A stretch of 64,000 nucleotides of DNA, from assembly GCF_006345805.1 (NCBI RefSeq), contig NC_043002.1, positions 83,824,001 to 83,888,000 on the forward strand, in the 5' to 3' direction. This document shows positions 12,090 to 26,916 of this stretch, one piece after another. This DNA comes from Octopus sinensis. Lineage: Eukaryota. The number at the start of each line of letters is the position of its first letter. Position 1 is the first letter of the stretch. The notes beneath the pieces were generated by a model. It searched no databases, was not told the DNA's origin, and saw nothing but the letters and a program-made list of their open reading frames with translations. The translations under genes and the position numbers were made by a program.

Positions 12090-13117
12090 TCTAACGGGAG
12101 TTCCCTATCACCCTTCAACGGACGGGGCTACTGAGCGCTTGATTCAAACTTTCAAGCAAGCGTTACAAAAGTCTTCCAAAACACCTAAAGAAGCTTTGCT
12201 AGAATTCTCGATGCAATCCAGGAGAACACCTACCACTAGTGGCTACTCACCAAGTGAATTACTCAACAGTCGTCAATTACGCACAAGATTGACGTCTTGC
12301 TTCCATCTCCAGTTCACTTGACCCAATCCAAATTGAAAAGGACTACTGAGAGAGATGTACTTAAAACTTCCAATCGATTTCAAGTCGGTGATCCATGCTA
12401 TGCTCTGTATTTTGGACCAAGGGGAAACCAAGATCCACGTTGGGTTCCAGCTATAGTTGTGAAGAAACAAGGAACACGAATGTTTCATGTTCAAGTTGTA
12501 CTTAGAGGTCCCAATTGGGGACGTTATCTAGAACAATTGCAACCCCGATATTCTTCGGAAGATGACCAAGAGCCGGGAGATACACCTTCTTTCCGTGATT
12601 CAGAACCTCAAGTTATAGACGAGTCTGCTCCTAAAGAACCTGTTAGCTCATCGTTACCACCTAGCGACAATAACTCAACTCCAGAATACAGCCGTCAACA
12701 TCCTAGAAGATCAACGAGACGAAGAAAACCGGATTATTATGTATCACAATACTGATTCATTTGTACTCAATTTTGTTGTGATACTGTGTAACTTGCGTTT
12801 TATATTCCATACTAGTTGGGGAGGTGTTATATTGCTCTAATTCAGTTCTGTTCTGACTAGGTATCGAACTAAATTTGGTGACTTTTGCCTTGTTTAGTAA
12901 ATGTATTTGTATTTTGTTAATTTGCACAAATAATTTACATACTACTTTGTTTTGCATGTTGATTTTCTGCATGTTGATTTTGGGGTTCTGCTTTAATCAG
13001 CGTGTATTTTTTAGTATATATTGCTCAGATGTTCACTCCGTTATAGCTGAACTGGCTGGAAGAGTTAAACAGGTTAGACGAGTTTTCACATAGATAAGTC
13101 TGTATTAAAACATAACA
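12090..13117 (+). mobile_element. Ty3/Gypsy LTR retrotransposon 3' remnant: integrase C-terminus, PPT and 3' LTR
   Basis: QTFKQAL...RTP...SPSELLNSRQLRTRL and FQVGDPCYA...RWVPAIV (K02A2.6-like pol end). Purine tract ggggagg at 12818-12824. LTR 12825-13117 bounded by TGTTAT...ATAACA. Confidence 0.88.
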
Positions 13118-13198
13118 ATATGCATATTATATAAAATTTATGGGTAAGGCCAGAACAATGCGAGATAATCCAAGGCAAATCACAAGAAAACAGACATG

Positions 13199-13438
13199 TG
13201 AATTAATGGTGACTTACCCTGCATTCAGTATTTCATGGTTATGACCTCCTTCTTCAGAAATTAGCGAATTTTGCAAATGTAAACCTCCTCAGGAATTAAC
13301 GAAAATTAGAGATGTACATGTGTATGAGTATGTGAGCCCATAACCTCACACGCATGTACATCTGCAACATTCGCTAATTTATGAAGAAGGGGTCATAAAC
13401 CTGAATTATTGAATGCAGGCTAAGTCACCATTAATTCA
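13199..13438. repeat. Fold-back inverted repeat (~85-bp imperfect arms) with an inner hairpin
   Basis: tgaattaatggtgacttaccctgcattca... pairs with ...tgaatgcaggctaagtcaccattaattca. Confidence 0.85.
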
Positions 13439-13510
13439 TATAGCTGTTTTTATATAATATATTCCACACAATGCTTTATGCTAACTATTCCATATATATA
13501 TATATGTGTG

Positions 13511-14112
13511 TGTTTAAATTTTAATGTCTAAAAAAAAGAAAAGAGACGATGTGCCGTTGAAATGAAAAAAAGAGAGAGGCTCCGACGTAACCGTTGAAAA
13601 GAAAAAAAAGAGCGTGTTGTTGGCTGTTTTTAAGAGAAAAGAAAAGGAAGAAAAAAAAGAACTTGGAAATGTTTTTAAAAGTAAAAGGAACTTATTGAGA
13701 ACTGTCGTGTTGAGAAAAAAAAAGAGGAAAGTGAAGCTCTTAGAGACTGTTGATTGTGAAATGTGTGTTAAATGTAAAATGATTTGTCGTGAAAAATCGA
13801 ACTGTATTGTGTCAAATGTTAAATGGTTTGTTTTTCGAACTCTGTATTATGTTTAAATGCAAATGATTTGTTCTTCGAACTCTGTACACGATTTGTTAAC
13901 CTTTGTTGTGAATGCTTTGGTTTTGTTTTTAAAATAAATTGTTTGAATTACGCAACTTCCGCCTGTGTCTCTTCTTTTGTTGTTGTGTTGTTTCCTGGCT
14001 CCGTTCGCCGCCTTCCCCACTTCGTGTGATGGATTTCCGGTTTACTGAGTGTCATCGTCGCTACTTAGGGCCCGTGGTGGAATCGGAAGGCCTTGGGTCT
14101 GAGTGGGGGCGT

Positions 14113-14116
<4 letters not shown>
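13511..14116 (-). mobile_element. Possible solo LTR
   Basis: Ends gggggcgtaaca (TGTTACG on the minus strand), begins with tgt, and is flanked by TA microsatellites. No internal domain or clear TSD. Confidence 0.35.
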
Positions 14117-14169
<53 letters not shown>

Positions 14170-14170
<1 letters not shown>

Positions 14171-14470
14171 CCTTTTCAAGCCCAACCAGGCTCATGGGCC
14201 CGGTTTTCCGGTTTCTGTGGCGTATGTGTTCCCCCCAGCTGGACGGGACGCCAGTCCATCGCAGCGTTACTCAAGAAACTAGAAGAAAGAGTGAGAGAAA
14301 TTTGGGGCGAAAGAGTACAACAGGGGTCACCACCACCCCCTGCCGAAGACTCGTGGAGCTTTAGGTGTTTTCGCCCAATAAACGCACACAACGCGCGGTC
14401 TGGGAATCGAAACCGCGATCATCCGACTGCGAGTCCGCTACCCTAACCACTGGGCCATTGCGCCTCCACA
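14170..14470 (-). mobile_element. tRNA-derived SINE family C
   Basis: The minus strand reads ggcgcaatggcccagtggttagggtagcggactcgcagtcgg...ggtttcgattcccag (A and B boxes). Related copies at 47030-47220 and 54960-55335. Confidence 0.85.
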
Positions 14471-14505
14471 CACACACACACACACACACATATATACATA
14501 TATAT

Positions 14506-14650
<145 letters not shown>

Positions 14651-14748
14651 TAATCCAAACAAGAAAACAAAAACAAAAAAAACACAACGCAAGACCGTGG
14701 AACAAATAAAGTATTATTGGACGCTCAGGAAAGAAGGGAAGAAGGAGG

Positions 14749-14783
14749 GTTTGACGTTTCGAGCAGAGCTCTTCGTCGGAAAC
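14749..14783 (-). ncRNA. Minimal type I hammerhead-like motif with C at core position 4
   Basis: Minus strand GUUU-CCGACGA-A-GAGC-UCU-GCUC-GAAA-CG-UC-AAAC: 4-bp helix I, 4-bp helix II, palindromic ACGU helix III. Confidence 0.5.
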
Positions 14784-14876
14784 ATAGGAGAAGGGAAGAC
14801 AGGGGAAAAAAATCGCTAGTGATACAGACGAGGTCACATACTAAAAGACAACTTTTCCATAGTATATATATATATA

Positions 14877-17800
14877 CTATCTGACGTTCCCGGTAATTCC
14901 CGGAAAAGCGGGGCTTATCCCTTGGTTCTGTTCTCATAATTGTTTCGCTAATCCAATAACAAGAATACAAGATATGTAGCCCTTAAAATGGTTTTTGTGC
15001 ATTTACAGAGAATACCGAACTGTCTTACACAGAATCTTGTTTTAAGGAATTCCCAATAAGTTATGAATACCCAAATTGTGAAGTCAGTTATGTAGTAACA
15101 TGAAATTAGTTACCCGATAGTAAGAATTCGAATAAAGCGTTCCCAGAGTATATAGAACTCAAGAGTAAATAGCAATAAGGTACGTATACTAAAATCGTGA
15201 AGTATGTTACGTAATAATAGGCTAATCAGATATAAGATAATAACAATTCAAAGTAAATAACCCTGAAAAGGGCTTTTGTGCGTTCCCAGAGAATATTACC
15301 CCCAGGGGCACTAATGTTGAAATAGATTTACAATGAATGTAGTAACAGACTGACATTAGTTTTACAGTAGGCATACAAATAAATTTGTATATAGATTTAA
15401 AAATAAAATAACATGTAGATTATCAATACACTTACAATACTTACAAATATTACAGTTAAATAATAAATACCTGATGGTTTGGTGAATCTTATTAAAGTTT
15501 GCAGAGCTTCTTGATAAACATCATCTTTGGTTTTCCCTTGAGGGGCATAAATAAACAAATGATTAGGATTGCCGACTCTTGAGCATCCCACATAAAGTTG
15601 GCCATGGCAGAAAACTGGTTCCGCAAGGTTCAGACCTACCACATTCAAGGACTGTTCCTGAACCTTGTTAATGCTCATTGCAAAGCTCAATTTCAACGGG
15701 AATTGCAGGCGCTTGTACTGGAAAGGCATATCCAAGGGAATAAGTGAAATTCTTGGAAGGAATACAGGCTCACCGCTTGCTTTACCAGTAAAAAATTGTT
15801 ATCTCCAGAATTGTTGGAATCATCTTTATTATAAGTCGTGTATCATTGCAACATTTTGGTGGATCGAGGTTTCGAAGCAGCATAGCTGGTGCCCCAATCT
15901 TGAGGTGCAAGTTGTGAGGTGGGATGCTAGGTGGTGTTAGACTATTCAAGAATTCAACTGGATAATTCATAGCTTCATCGATGTTCAGTATAGTGTCAAT
16001 GGAATTGTTGATGTGACGCTCGCCTGGCAAATTTTCTAGAAGTTTAAAGTTCAAATCATCAACTCCCACATTCTTTAGCACTAAAATGGCACGGATTTTC
16101 AGCTAGTTGTGGTATATAAACTGGTTCCTCTGGTTAGGAAACACCTTGTTCATTAGTTCCTTTAAATCAGATACCATATGTCCAAAAGGCAAGTTTACCC
16201 ATCCATCAGTATCTCGTCAACCGAAGTGCCATCACCAACGTCCAACAGTTGCTTTGAAAAGGTTTTGTCTGCATCATCACCACTGAGTTGCACTTTCATG
16301 TTGGTTGTGAGTCTTAGATTTTGCACACTGCTCCATAGGTAGAATGACTTTATGCTGGCATTTACTTATCAGTTCTTGTCCCCTTTGAAACCACCGGAAG
16401 AATTTGTATAAAGTCTCATGCAAGCAAGACTGTGGCACTTCCCATGAGCCTGGTGTTGTATCTCAGATCCTGTAGGGACATGTCAAGAGCTTCAAAGGAA
16501 ACCTTATGGTACATTGTCGCTTCATCCCAGATGACCAACCTGCATTCACCCAGAAGTTTGCCTTTTATAGAACCCCGACTGATGTTGCAGTTTGCGTTCT
16601 TTTTCTTGGAAAGGTCTAAAAGGAGTTTGAAATAGGAATGAGCTGTGGTGCCACCACTTAGCAGAGTTGCAGCCATGCCACTTGACGCCACTGCTATGGT
16701 AATGTGTTTCATTTAGCGCAGTTTAGCCAGAAGGTTGATGACTAATGTTTTGCCAGTTTCACATGGAGCATCAAGAAAGAAAAGACCTCTTTCATTTTCA
16801 ATGCTCGAAATAATGGTGTTATAAACACCCAGTTGTGTTCTTTGTCAGCGATATACGCCGTCATTTCCTCGATGTCATAGCTGATTTCTCGCAGTTACTC
16901 AATTGCGAGATTGTTTGCTGTCTGCTCCGATTAAGGCATACCAAATGTGGCAATGCCTTGACCTCCCATAGCTTGCACTCGGGCGTCCAGGTCAAGTAAT
17001 GCTTCATTGTAAATGGCGTTACTGAACGTGCAATTTCCGCTGAGGCTTGCCTTTGAATCCTTTCTAGATGTCCTCTGCCATGCTGGTCTTGTGGATCAGC
17101 CAAAGCTTGTGAAGTTCACGCAAGCCACATGTCATCAACATGATAGAAAATAGCGGGTGCAGTTGACTTAGTGCTGTGCTGACTACTGACTGCTGCCTCT
17201 TCCAGTGTCTGGTCATAGTGAACATCGTCCTCCAGTAGTCCATGTTTGGCGCAGGCTTCTCTATAGGTTGTGCACACTTTCCATTGTGTCTTCGAAAGTC
17301 TGTGAATGATGTAGGACCTCTGACAGTGTGTAGGTAGTAGTAGATGCAGAAAGAAACACTCCTGCTGATTAGGGTGCCCAGTGTGCACCCCCTCACGATG
17401 GCCTCACTTCTGAAGACAGCATCTTCTTCCCAGCCCTCAATGCATGTTCCTTGCTTGCGCCTGTTCCATCCATTGTGTGCCCAGGTATAGTACACGGGGA
17501 CCTCTACATACAACAGTGTTCGGGAAAACAGATCACATTGGCATAATTTGAAGAAAGATGTTAAAATGGTTTCTGGTGGATTCAGAAATACGTTTCGAAC
17601 ATTGTCTTCTATGAAATATATATGGTGGCATTTTCAAGATGTACAGATAGATTTTAAGGTGTTCCTACATGTAAACAGAGTGTGACCTTTGTATTGACAG
17701 TGCATTTGTCTAAAAGCAGAACAGTTCTTCATGCAGTGCTTGTCAATTGGCTGAAGTGACATCAAAGGCATCGTCATCCATGGTATATACGTGAATAAGT

Positions 17801-18150
17801 CAGCAACCTAAATAAGTGGATCAATTGTTTAGGAAAATACTATTTATTTGTTTAATGGTTGTACTGGATAAATTGTGAAATAACTCTAACAGTTCAAATG
17901 CTAAAAAATAAGCATACTCAATTTAATTTGTACCAAATAATATAGGAAAACGATTTGGTTATTTCCCTTGGCTGTTAAAATAAAATATATTAGTTATAGA
18001 AAAGGATCCCTTCCAGGGGCCCTGTTATCGATTTTTTTCAACAATCTGAATATGCCATCAGGTTTCCAAATATGATAAAACGATGTAGGAGGAGTTAGCT
18101 AACAAACACACTCATAGACAGAATTTCCCACATATGTAGTTGATGTGTGG
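14877..18150 (-). mobile_element. Decayed autonomous-type Helitron with Pif1-family helicase fragments
   Basis: ORFs 15397-15735 (FQYKRLQFPLKLSFAMSINKVQEQSL...HGQLYVGCSRV), 15782-16081 (PPHNLHLKIGAPAMLLRNL), 16416-16712 (VASSGMAATLLSGGTTAHS...IWDEATM) and 16861-17513. Hairpin-like 3' end near 14877-14907. 5' boundary approximate. Confidence 0.92.
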
Positions 18151-18191
18151 TATGTTTATTTATTTATATATATATATATATTTGTTTATAT

Positions 18192-18252
<61 letters not shown>

Positions 18253-18278
18253 AATACATATATATATGTATATGTGTA

Positions 18279-18316
<38 letters not shown>

Positions 18317-18669
18317 ATATATATTAATAAATAAAACTATCATATATATAAACATATATGTACTACCTACCTCTACATACATATACACGCATATAGAGTA
18401 CAGGACACCAAAAAGACGTCGAACACAATGAGAAACGAAAACATAGACACAAACCCAAGGAACTGGACATTTTTTTAAACAACAAAAATAGAGTACAGGA
18501 CAATTAACACAAAGAAAAAAACCCTTCTTCAGTCGCTATGGTTTCATCTACTCTACGTTTCGAAGGTGAAAGCGAGACGTATCTTCGACAAGAAACTTTC
18601 CTTCCTGCGAAAAGCAAATCAATTAAAATTCTGAGATCTTTTCGCAGAGGGGTAAAAAATGGTAATGTT

Positions 18670-18720
<51 letters not shown>

Positions 18721-18810
18721 TTGTGTGTGTGTTGTGTGTGTGTGTATGTATGTTATGTATTATATATATGTATGTATGTATATATGTATGTATATATATG
18801 TATATATATG

Positions 18811-18865
<55 letters not shown>

Positions 18866-18878
18866 TATATATATATTT

Positions 18879-18995
18879 ATTTATTTTATAGAAGGAGCTT
18901 CTACAGGACTAGAACTGTTTCATTCAAAAGAAATCGATGATTTCTTTTGAATGAAACAGTTCTAGTCCTGTAGAAGCTCCTTCTATAAAATAAAT
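18879..18995. repeat. Perfect palindrome, 57-bp arms, 3-nt loop
   Basis: 18879-18935 is the exact reverse complement of 18939-18995. Confidence 0.95.
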
Positions 18996-19060
18996 TAATT
19001 TACTCTGCTATGTATTGAGTACCTTATCTACTGTGGTTAACCCCGACTCAACCCGGGACC

Positions 19061-19099
<39 letters not shown>

Positions 19100-19351
19100 T
19101 TTATATATATGTGTTTATATATACATATATATAGGTTATTAGAGTTAGAGGTTGGAATAACGGTCTAAGGGATAAAAATATCCGTTATACTACCGGTATA
19201 ATTACATATGTTAATCTTGGACATACATGTGTAAGCGTATTATGCTCATAGGTCACAGACAGTGACAAAGATAAACATGAGTTTATCAAGAATCAAATTA
19301 AATGTACACAGAAAATAGAGAAATATTGATCAAACAACAATTGACTAACAT

Positions 19352-19833
19352 CAATTATTACTTTTTAATTCACTACAAATACACTGTATCCCATCTAACA
19401 GCTGTTTCTGCTTCCAATGTTATACGGTATTGCCACTGAAAACTCTAAAAATAAGATTCATCATATTTGGTAATACATCCGATCTGGAACATGGAGCTTC
19501 GTCATACTGAAGAAAAATACATACAGAAAAGAAAGGAAAGAAAAGAAAAGCCTCGAGAAAAAGATGAAAGGCTTAATTCTTTTAAATATATTAAGTCTTT
19601 TATCGTCTTCTCGGGGCTTCTCTTCTTTTCTTTTCTTTTCTTTTTTTCTTTTCTTTTATGTATGTATTTTTCTTCACTCTGATGAAGCTCCATGTTCCAG
19701 ATCGGCTGTAATACAAAATATAATGAATATTATTTTCACCATTTTTCAGTGGTAATACCGTATAACACTGGAAGCAGAAACAGCTGTTAGATGGGATACA
19801 GCTTAGTTATAGTGAATTAAAAAGTAATAATTG
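19352..19833. repeat. ~480-bp imperfect fold-back, probably inverted Penelope-type termini
   Basis: Arms pair from caattattactttttaattcacta to tagtgaattaaaaagtaataattg. Contains CTGATGAA (19679) and GAAACAGCTGTT (19777). Confidence 0.85.
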
Positions 19834-20443
19834 GTATTAGTTATATATATGTACTATGTATGCTTATATACATATATGTATGTTTATGTATGTATGTATG
19901 CATGCATGCATGTTTGTATGTGTGTGTGTGTGTATGCATGCATGAATACAATTACACTAATTCAGTTCTGTTACATCTATGTAATACACCGACTTGTCAA
20001 ATATTCCAATATTCTGGAAACTCAGCCCTATAAAACAGCATTTACGCGTTACAATGCAGTTAATTGTATTTTGAAACAAACGTTGTAAGACTACCTTCAT
20101 TCAGTTTCAATCCAGTAGAAATTACTTCATTTTCACTAGTTAAAGTTCCACGTGGGAACAAAATAGCCCGTTTCCTTCAACATTATAAATCAGCAAAATA
20201 ATTCTGTTTTGTGAGTTTTTTTTCTTTTTTTATAGGTCATTAAACATCTACATATATTTCTCAATAGCTTCACAGAATATCATGCAACCTTCCACAATAT
20301 CCATATTTTCGTAACTTTGTGAAATTGTTTGGCTACGTGTCTCTGAATCAATCCCTTAAATACCATATACATTATTACTTCTTGCCTGTAAATCAACCAC
20401 CTAAACTACACACACACACACACACACACACACCACACACACA

Positions 20444-20516
<73 letters not shown>

Positions 20517-21754
20517 TACCTCTTCTTGTCACCAAATCACACATTCACACGCGCGTCTACACACATCAGCACCTCCACTTCTCTGAGAATCAATCATCAA
20601 TTGTTCTGACTTGGTTATGGCTTCGGAATGCTTTCACTTACAAACTATGTTGAAACTATAGTTTACAACTAGAATAGATGACCTAATTTATTTATACATT
20701 ACATTATACATTTCTGAAAGGACAAAAGCCTCCTAGGACAGAAGACCCATAGCTGAGGTGTAAAAGTAGACAAAAGCCCCACGGTTATATTTTTCAGTTG
20801 AAGAATTTTTAGTTGAACGTACCGACGCCAGAATTTTTTTTTTATTTTACTTGCTGCAGTTATTAGACTGCGGCCATGCTGGGGCAACACCTTGAAGAAT
20901 TCTTAGTCGAATGTTTCGATGCCAGAATTTTTTTTACATCTTTACTTGTGGCTGCAGTTATTAGACTGCGGCCATGCTGGGGCACCGACTTGAAGAATTT
21001 TTAGTCGCAGAAAAATCGGCATTTTGAAATTCAAATTTAAAGTCTTTTGTTTTCTTCTCTGCACTTACATATCAATGAGAATGAGCTGACCTTTTGAACT
21101 TTCTCTGGCCGTTGAAGGTCCAAGAGAATTATGGCGCCGAAGGCTAGTCATTCAAACGTACTTCTTATCCTTTTTATGTTTCTACACATTTCTTGAAGTA
21201 AATGCTTTCAATTTTGTTAGAATTCAGACAATGTGTACATTGAGCGTGAAGAGTCTTGTGTTCTGTTATTCTATTCTGTTTATTTATTTTCGATTGAATA
21301 TATTTTGTTTACTTAAAAATGGGAATTTTGGAAAATAAGTTTTTTTTTGTTTTGTATTCTATAAGAGCTTGGTACATCATATATTACATTTCATATACTT
21401 TGGATTTAAATTTATCTTTTATTTTTTACTCCCTTCGGTCATTAGACGGCGGCCATGCTGGAGCACAACCTTGAAGGTTTTTTGGTCCACAAATCGACTT
21501 CAGTTCTTGTTTTTTTTTATAAGTCTCGGTACATATTCTATCTGTCTCTCAGACTGAATTGCTAAGTTACAAGGGCGTAGACAGACTAACGCTGGCCGTC
21601 AAACTGTGAGGAAACAAACACATAAACTCACATATATTTCCTGAGCGCCATACTAATACAATTGTTTGTTTGTATTCCACCTGCCTTCGTCTTTTGTTTA
21701 TTTCCGTAAACCTGCCTTCGTCTTTTGTCTATTTTCATAAAGCTTACCGTATAT

Positions 21755-21802
<48 letters not shown>

Positions 21803-21810
21803 AAATACAT

Positions 21811-22705
<895 letters not shown>

Positions 22706-22713
22706 TTTTCATT

Positions 22714-23225
22714 ATGTATGTATGTATGTATGCATGCATGCATGTATGTATGTATGTATGTATGTATGTATGTATGTATGTATGCATGTATGTATGCATG
22801 TATATATGTATGTATGTATGCATGTATGTATGTATGTATGTATGTATGTATGTATGTATGCATGCATGCATGTATGTATATATGTATGTATGTATGTATG
22901 TATGTTGTATGTATGTATGCATGTATATATGTATGTATGTATGCATGTATGTATGTATGCATGTATGTATGTATGCATGCATGTATGTATGTATGTATGT
23001 ATGCATGTATGCATGTATGTATGTATGTATGTATGTATGTATGCATGTATGTATATATGCATGTATGCATGTATGCGTGTATGTATGTATATATGTATGT
23101 ATGCATGTATGCATGTATATATGTATGTATATATGTAAGTATGTATGTATGTATGCGTGTATGTATGTATGTATGTATGTATGTATGTATGTATGCATGT
23201 ATGCGTGTATGTATGTATAAGTATG
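22714..23225. repeat. ~510-bp compound (ATGT/ATGC)n microsatellite
   Basis: Direct reading. It is the source of the MYVC/HTYI ORFs. Confidence 0.97.
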
Positions 23226-24479
23226 CATGCGCGTGTGTGTGTATGTATGTGTGTGTGTGTGCGAGGGGGTGCTGAAAAGTTCCTGACTTTAAGGGGCGAA
23301 AGACCTGGTTATAGGCCTTAACCATCAGAGTTCTTTTACAGAGCATAGAGAAACTGAAGGACCACTGCAATAAGTGTGTGAATCTGAGAGGCGAATATGA
23401 AGAATAAAATTATAATTAATTGATCCTCCTGTATTTTTTTAACCCAAAGCTAGGAACGGTGTGTGCTCAACGGACTTGCACACGGTTTCCATCAACAAAA
23501 TTCTCTTTAAAAGCATTACTTGGCCAGAGGCTATAGTTGGAGACACTTGCCCAAGGTGCTGCGCAGTGGAACTGAATCCGAAACCACGTCGTTGGAAAGG
23601 GAGCTGCTTAACCACCCAACCATGGATTAAAGATATGTTGAATACAATGTGCTATTATTTCCCATTGCAGTGGGACAATTGAAGAGCAAATGATATCCAC
23701 ATCTACTACTACTTATTTATCCAAATTCACTATAGCGTAAATTTGAATAAAGAAGTTGAGGAAGGAGGTACCAAATACCATTTGCAAAATTTAAATTAAT
23801 AAATTAATTATAATGACTCTCTTTAGATGAGAAAGGAAATTTGAACCTTGTACAAGTTTCTGGCAACGCTCAGAGAAAAGGGGAGACAATTTCAAAGCGT
23901 CAAGAATTACTCTCACGAAATTTATTTACATGCTTAGAGGAAAGAAAGTATGATTTTAGCTTGCCCGTAAGGGATAAACATGAACATGTTTCAGTCTATT
24001 AGCTCTCATCAACATAATATAAGTTTAACTAAGTCGGCGTAATTAGATAGTGAAGATCTTTATACAGAAGGAGAGTTGCCCAAAGACCAGACAGATTAAT
24101 ACATCACCTGGTCTTTGTGTGCCTGCAGCATAAATTAAGCTGTTGCACGTATTGAAGCCAAGTTTTCTGTTTGGGGATAATTTATTCTCCTCTTCCTACT
24201 AGTCATAGACGTCCGGAAAAATATCATGGGCAGAGCCCTTCCTCATCTAACTAAGCCGTTACAAAATCTTCTCCATCACAGAAAAAGAATTTATTCCACT
24301 TTTAAACTGTTTGGCGTTTGCAGTCTTACAATATAGCTACAGATTTGTACCCAATTTGCACCACAATATACCCATAACATTATCACACAGAGCTGTTCTT
24401 GTGATTTCTACGGCTTTAATGCTCTTTGGAAATGCTTGATGAACAGTCGTGTCTTCATTTTCATAACCCACTATTTCCT

Positions 24480-24700
24480 GTAAGGATCGTGGGGTAGAGG
24501 CCTTCACACACGCTCTCCAGAGGGTCCTATCAAAAGTAACCGACAGAAAATCATCTGGCTGCATCCCCAAGTGAGATAAACTGGTTATGGATATCCAACC
24601 ATCTCGCTGGTTATCTACCCACAAGGTCTCCCTAGAATCTGACCTACAAGTCTTTCCTCGGACACTCCAGCCACAAGCTTGCAGTACTATGTTGTCATCT
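24480..24700 (-). mobile_element. RTE-like LINE 3' fragment
   Basis: WVDNQRD...DRTLWRACVKASTPRSLQ resembles the RTE C-terminal W.D...DR..WR motif. Confidence 0.55.
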
Positions 24701-24705
24701 CTTAT

Positions 24706-24935
24706 GGCGGCGAGCTGGCAGAAACGTTAGCACGCCGGGCGAAATGCTTAGTGGTATTTCGTCTGCCGCTACGTTCTGAGTTCAAATTCCGCCTTTCATC
24801 CTTTCGGGGTCGATAAATTAAGTACCAGTTAAGTACCAATTAAGTACTGGGGTCGATATAATCGGCTTAATCCGTTTGTCTGTCCTTGTTTGTCCCCTCT
24901 GTGTTTAGCCCCTTGTGGGTAATAAAGAAATATAT
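24706..24935 (+). mobile_element. tRNA-derived SINE family A with 11-bp TSD
   Basis: ggcggcgagctggcagaaacgttagc...gagttcaaattcc. TSD gtcatctctta at 24694-24704 and 24939-24949. Confidence 0.92.
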
Positions 24936-25177
24936 GCCGTCATCTCTTAAGGTGAAGTGACTTCTTGATTTCCGAGGTACAAACGTTATTAAGTAACGTT
25001 ACTCCAATGACCTTCAAAGGAACATCATTTCAGTCGCTTGCTTTCGTATTAATACTCTTTCGGTCACTACCCAAAATTCTTGACCGAAATGAAGATAGCG
25101 GGTTTGGATTTTCACCTGCTTTGCTTAACCGGATGAGCGAATGTTGAAGTTAGCATTTAATGATTATGACTTACTGC

Positions 25178-25402
25178 GAGCTGGCAGAAACGTTAGCACG
25201 CCGGGCGAAATGCATAGCCGTATTTCGTCTGCCGCTACGTTCTGAGTTCAAATTCCGCCGAGGTCGACTTTGCCTTTCATCCTTTCGGGGTCGATAAATT
25301 AAGTACCAGTTACGCACTGGGGTCGATGTAATCGACTTAATCCGTTTGTCTGTCCTTGTTTGTCCCCTCTGTGTTTAGCCCCATGTGGGTAATAAAGAAA
25401 TA
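25178..25402 (+). mobile_element. SINE family A with 16-bp TSD
   Basis: TSD gattatgacttactgc at 25162-25177 and 25403-25418. Confidence 0.93.
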
Positions 25403-26916
25403 GATTATGACTTACTGCTTTCTTTTTTCTATAAGTACCATTATCTGGAAATATATATGAAACACAGTGATCACATGAATAGGATATGTGATTTCTGGTT
25501 CGTATCTTCCCGATCTGCTACCGACACGTGTTGCATTGAAGCCATAAACAAAAAGACTCCTTCACTATCTGTTAAAATACCCAAACCTAGCTAAATAATC
25601 GTTATTTTTCCTTTTCCTGTTAACAACGTCTGAGCTTTCAGAAGTGTTGGTATTTGTGAGTCTATGGCCGATACCTTCTTATTTCGACTTTAAAGTAGAA
25701 TGGATTCGAATTTTCCGCTCCTCTCTGTTGAGACAGCAAAATGTTTATTTCAATCAATACGAATTCGGTGTTTCTATAAAAGCTGTGATTATTTGAACAG
25801 AACAAGAAGTGAAGAAAGGACTTTGGTCCCTGTTTTAAAATCCGATTTACTTCAGTGAAATAAATTCGTGTAAGATATTCTGTCATTGGTTATAGAAGAA
25901 TCTTTATAAAAAATTGCTTTGTTTTTTTGTAAAAGACGTTGTAGTTTTTTTTTTTTTTTTTTGTAAGCTTACAGTTTCGTATAACTCTTAAAGTTCACTA
26001 AATATTACACACTGGACATCTAGTGCAAGCTTACAATAAACCGTAGTTCTCCGGGATGTACACATACGAAGGATTTAGTTTATGATAATATAATGCTAAC
26101 CATGATCGGTATCCCTTGAAGTCCCTTTTTACTGCTATGGAGTGATTGGTCCACTTTTTGTTGCTAACTTTGTGATATAAACACTCGGCGAAGCTTTTTG
26201 CCAATAGTCTAGTTCAGTCATGAGCAAACTACGATCCGCAAGACATTGTGAGTGGCACGCCTAACGAAAAATCACCATAAAATCATTTAGTAGTTCGGCC
26301 CGCTTAATGATGAGCCATATCTTACGTGGTCCGCTTCTCGAAAAAGGTTTTCCATGCCTGGTCTAGTCTAATATCTTATCGTTTCGGATAGCTGTCATTC
26401 TTCTGTGGCATTTTTCAACTCGCATTAATATAGCCCACCTATTTTTATTGACGTTTACTTTTAGCTAAAGCTGATAGAATAGAGTATCTTGAAGAGGATA
26501 AAAATAGAAGATAAAATACGTTAGTACGTTCTCTTATAACAATCCTTTAAACTAAAACTAATACATTATCTAAATTTTCCCGTGCAACAAAAAAGTAACA
26601 TTTATCGATGAAACTATGTACAAACAATTTTAATGGATAAAATAATTAATTTTGCTCGAATGTTACGTTAAAAGTGCTGCGTATAATGCACTCTATGTGA
26701 CAATAAACACATGCCAGTTAGTCTTCTATACAATGTCGTTAAGGTAATTTTATTTCTAAACTTGACTAATATATTGTTGTTGTTATTATTATGAAGCCCC
26801 ACATCCTCCCTCATCTAACATGTCTCTAAATATATTGTTTATGTCTAACAGTGTTATTACTAGCATCTTTGTTCTCGGTTAAAACATTCTTGAGAAATAA
26901 CCATCTGTCTAAATAA

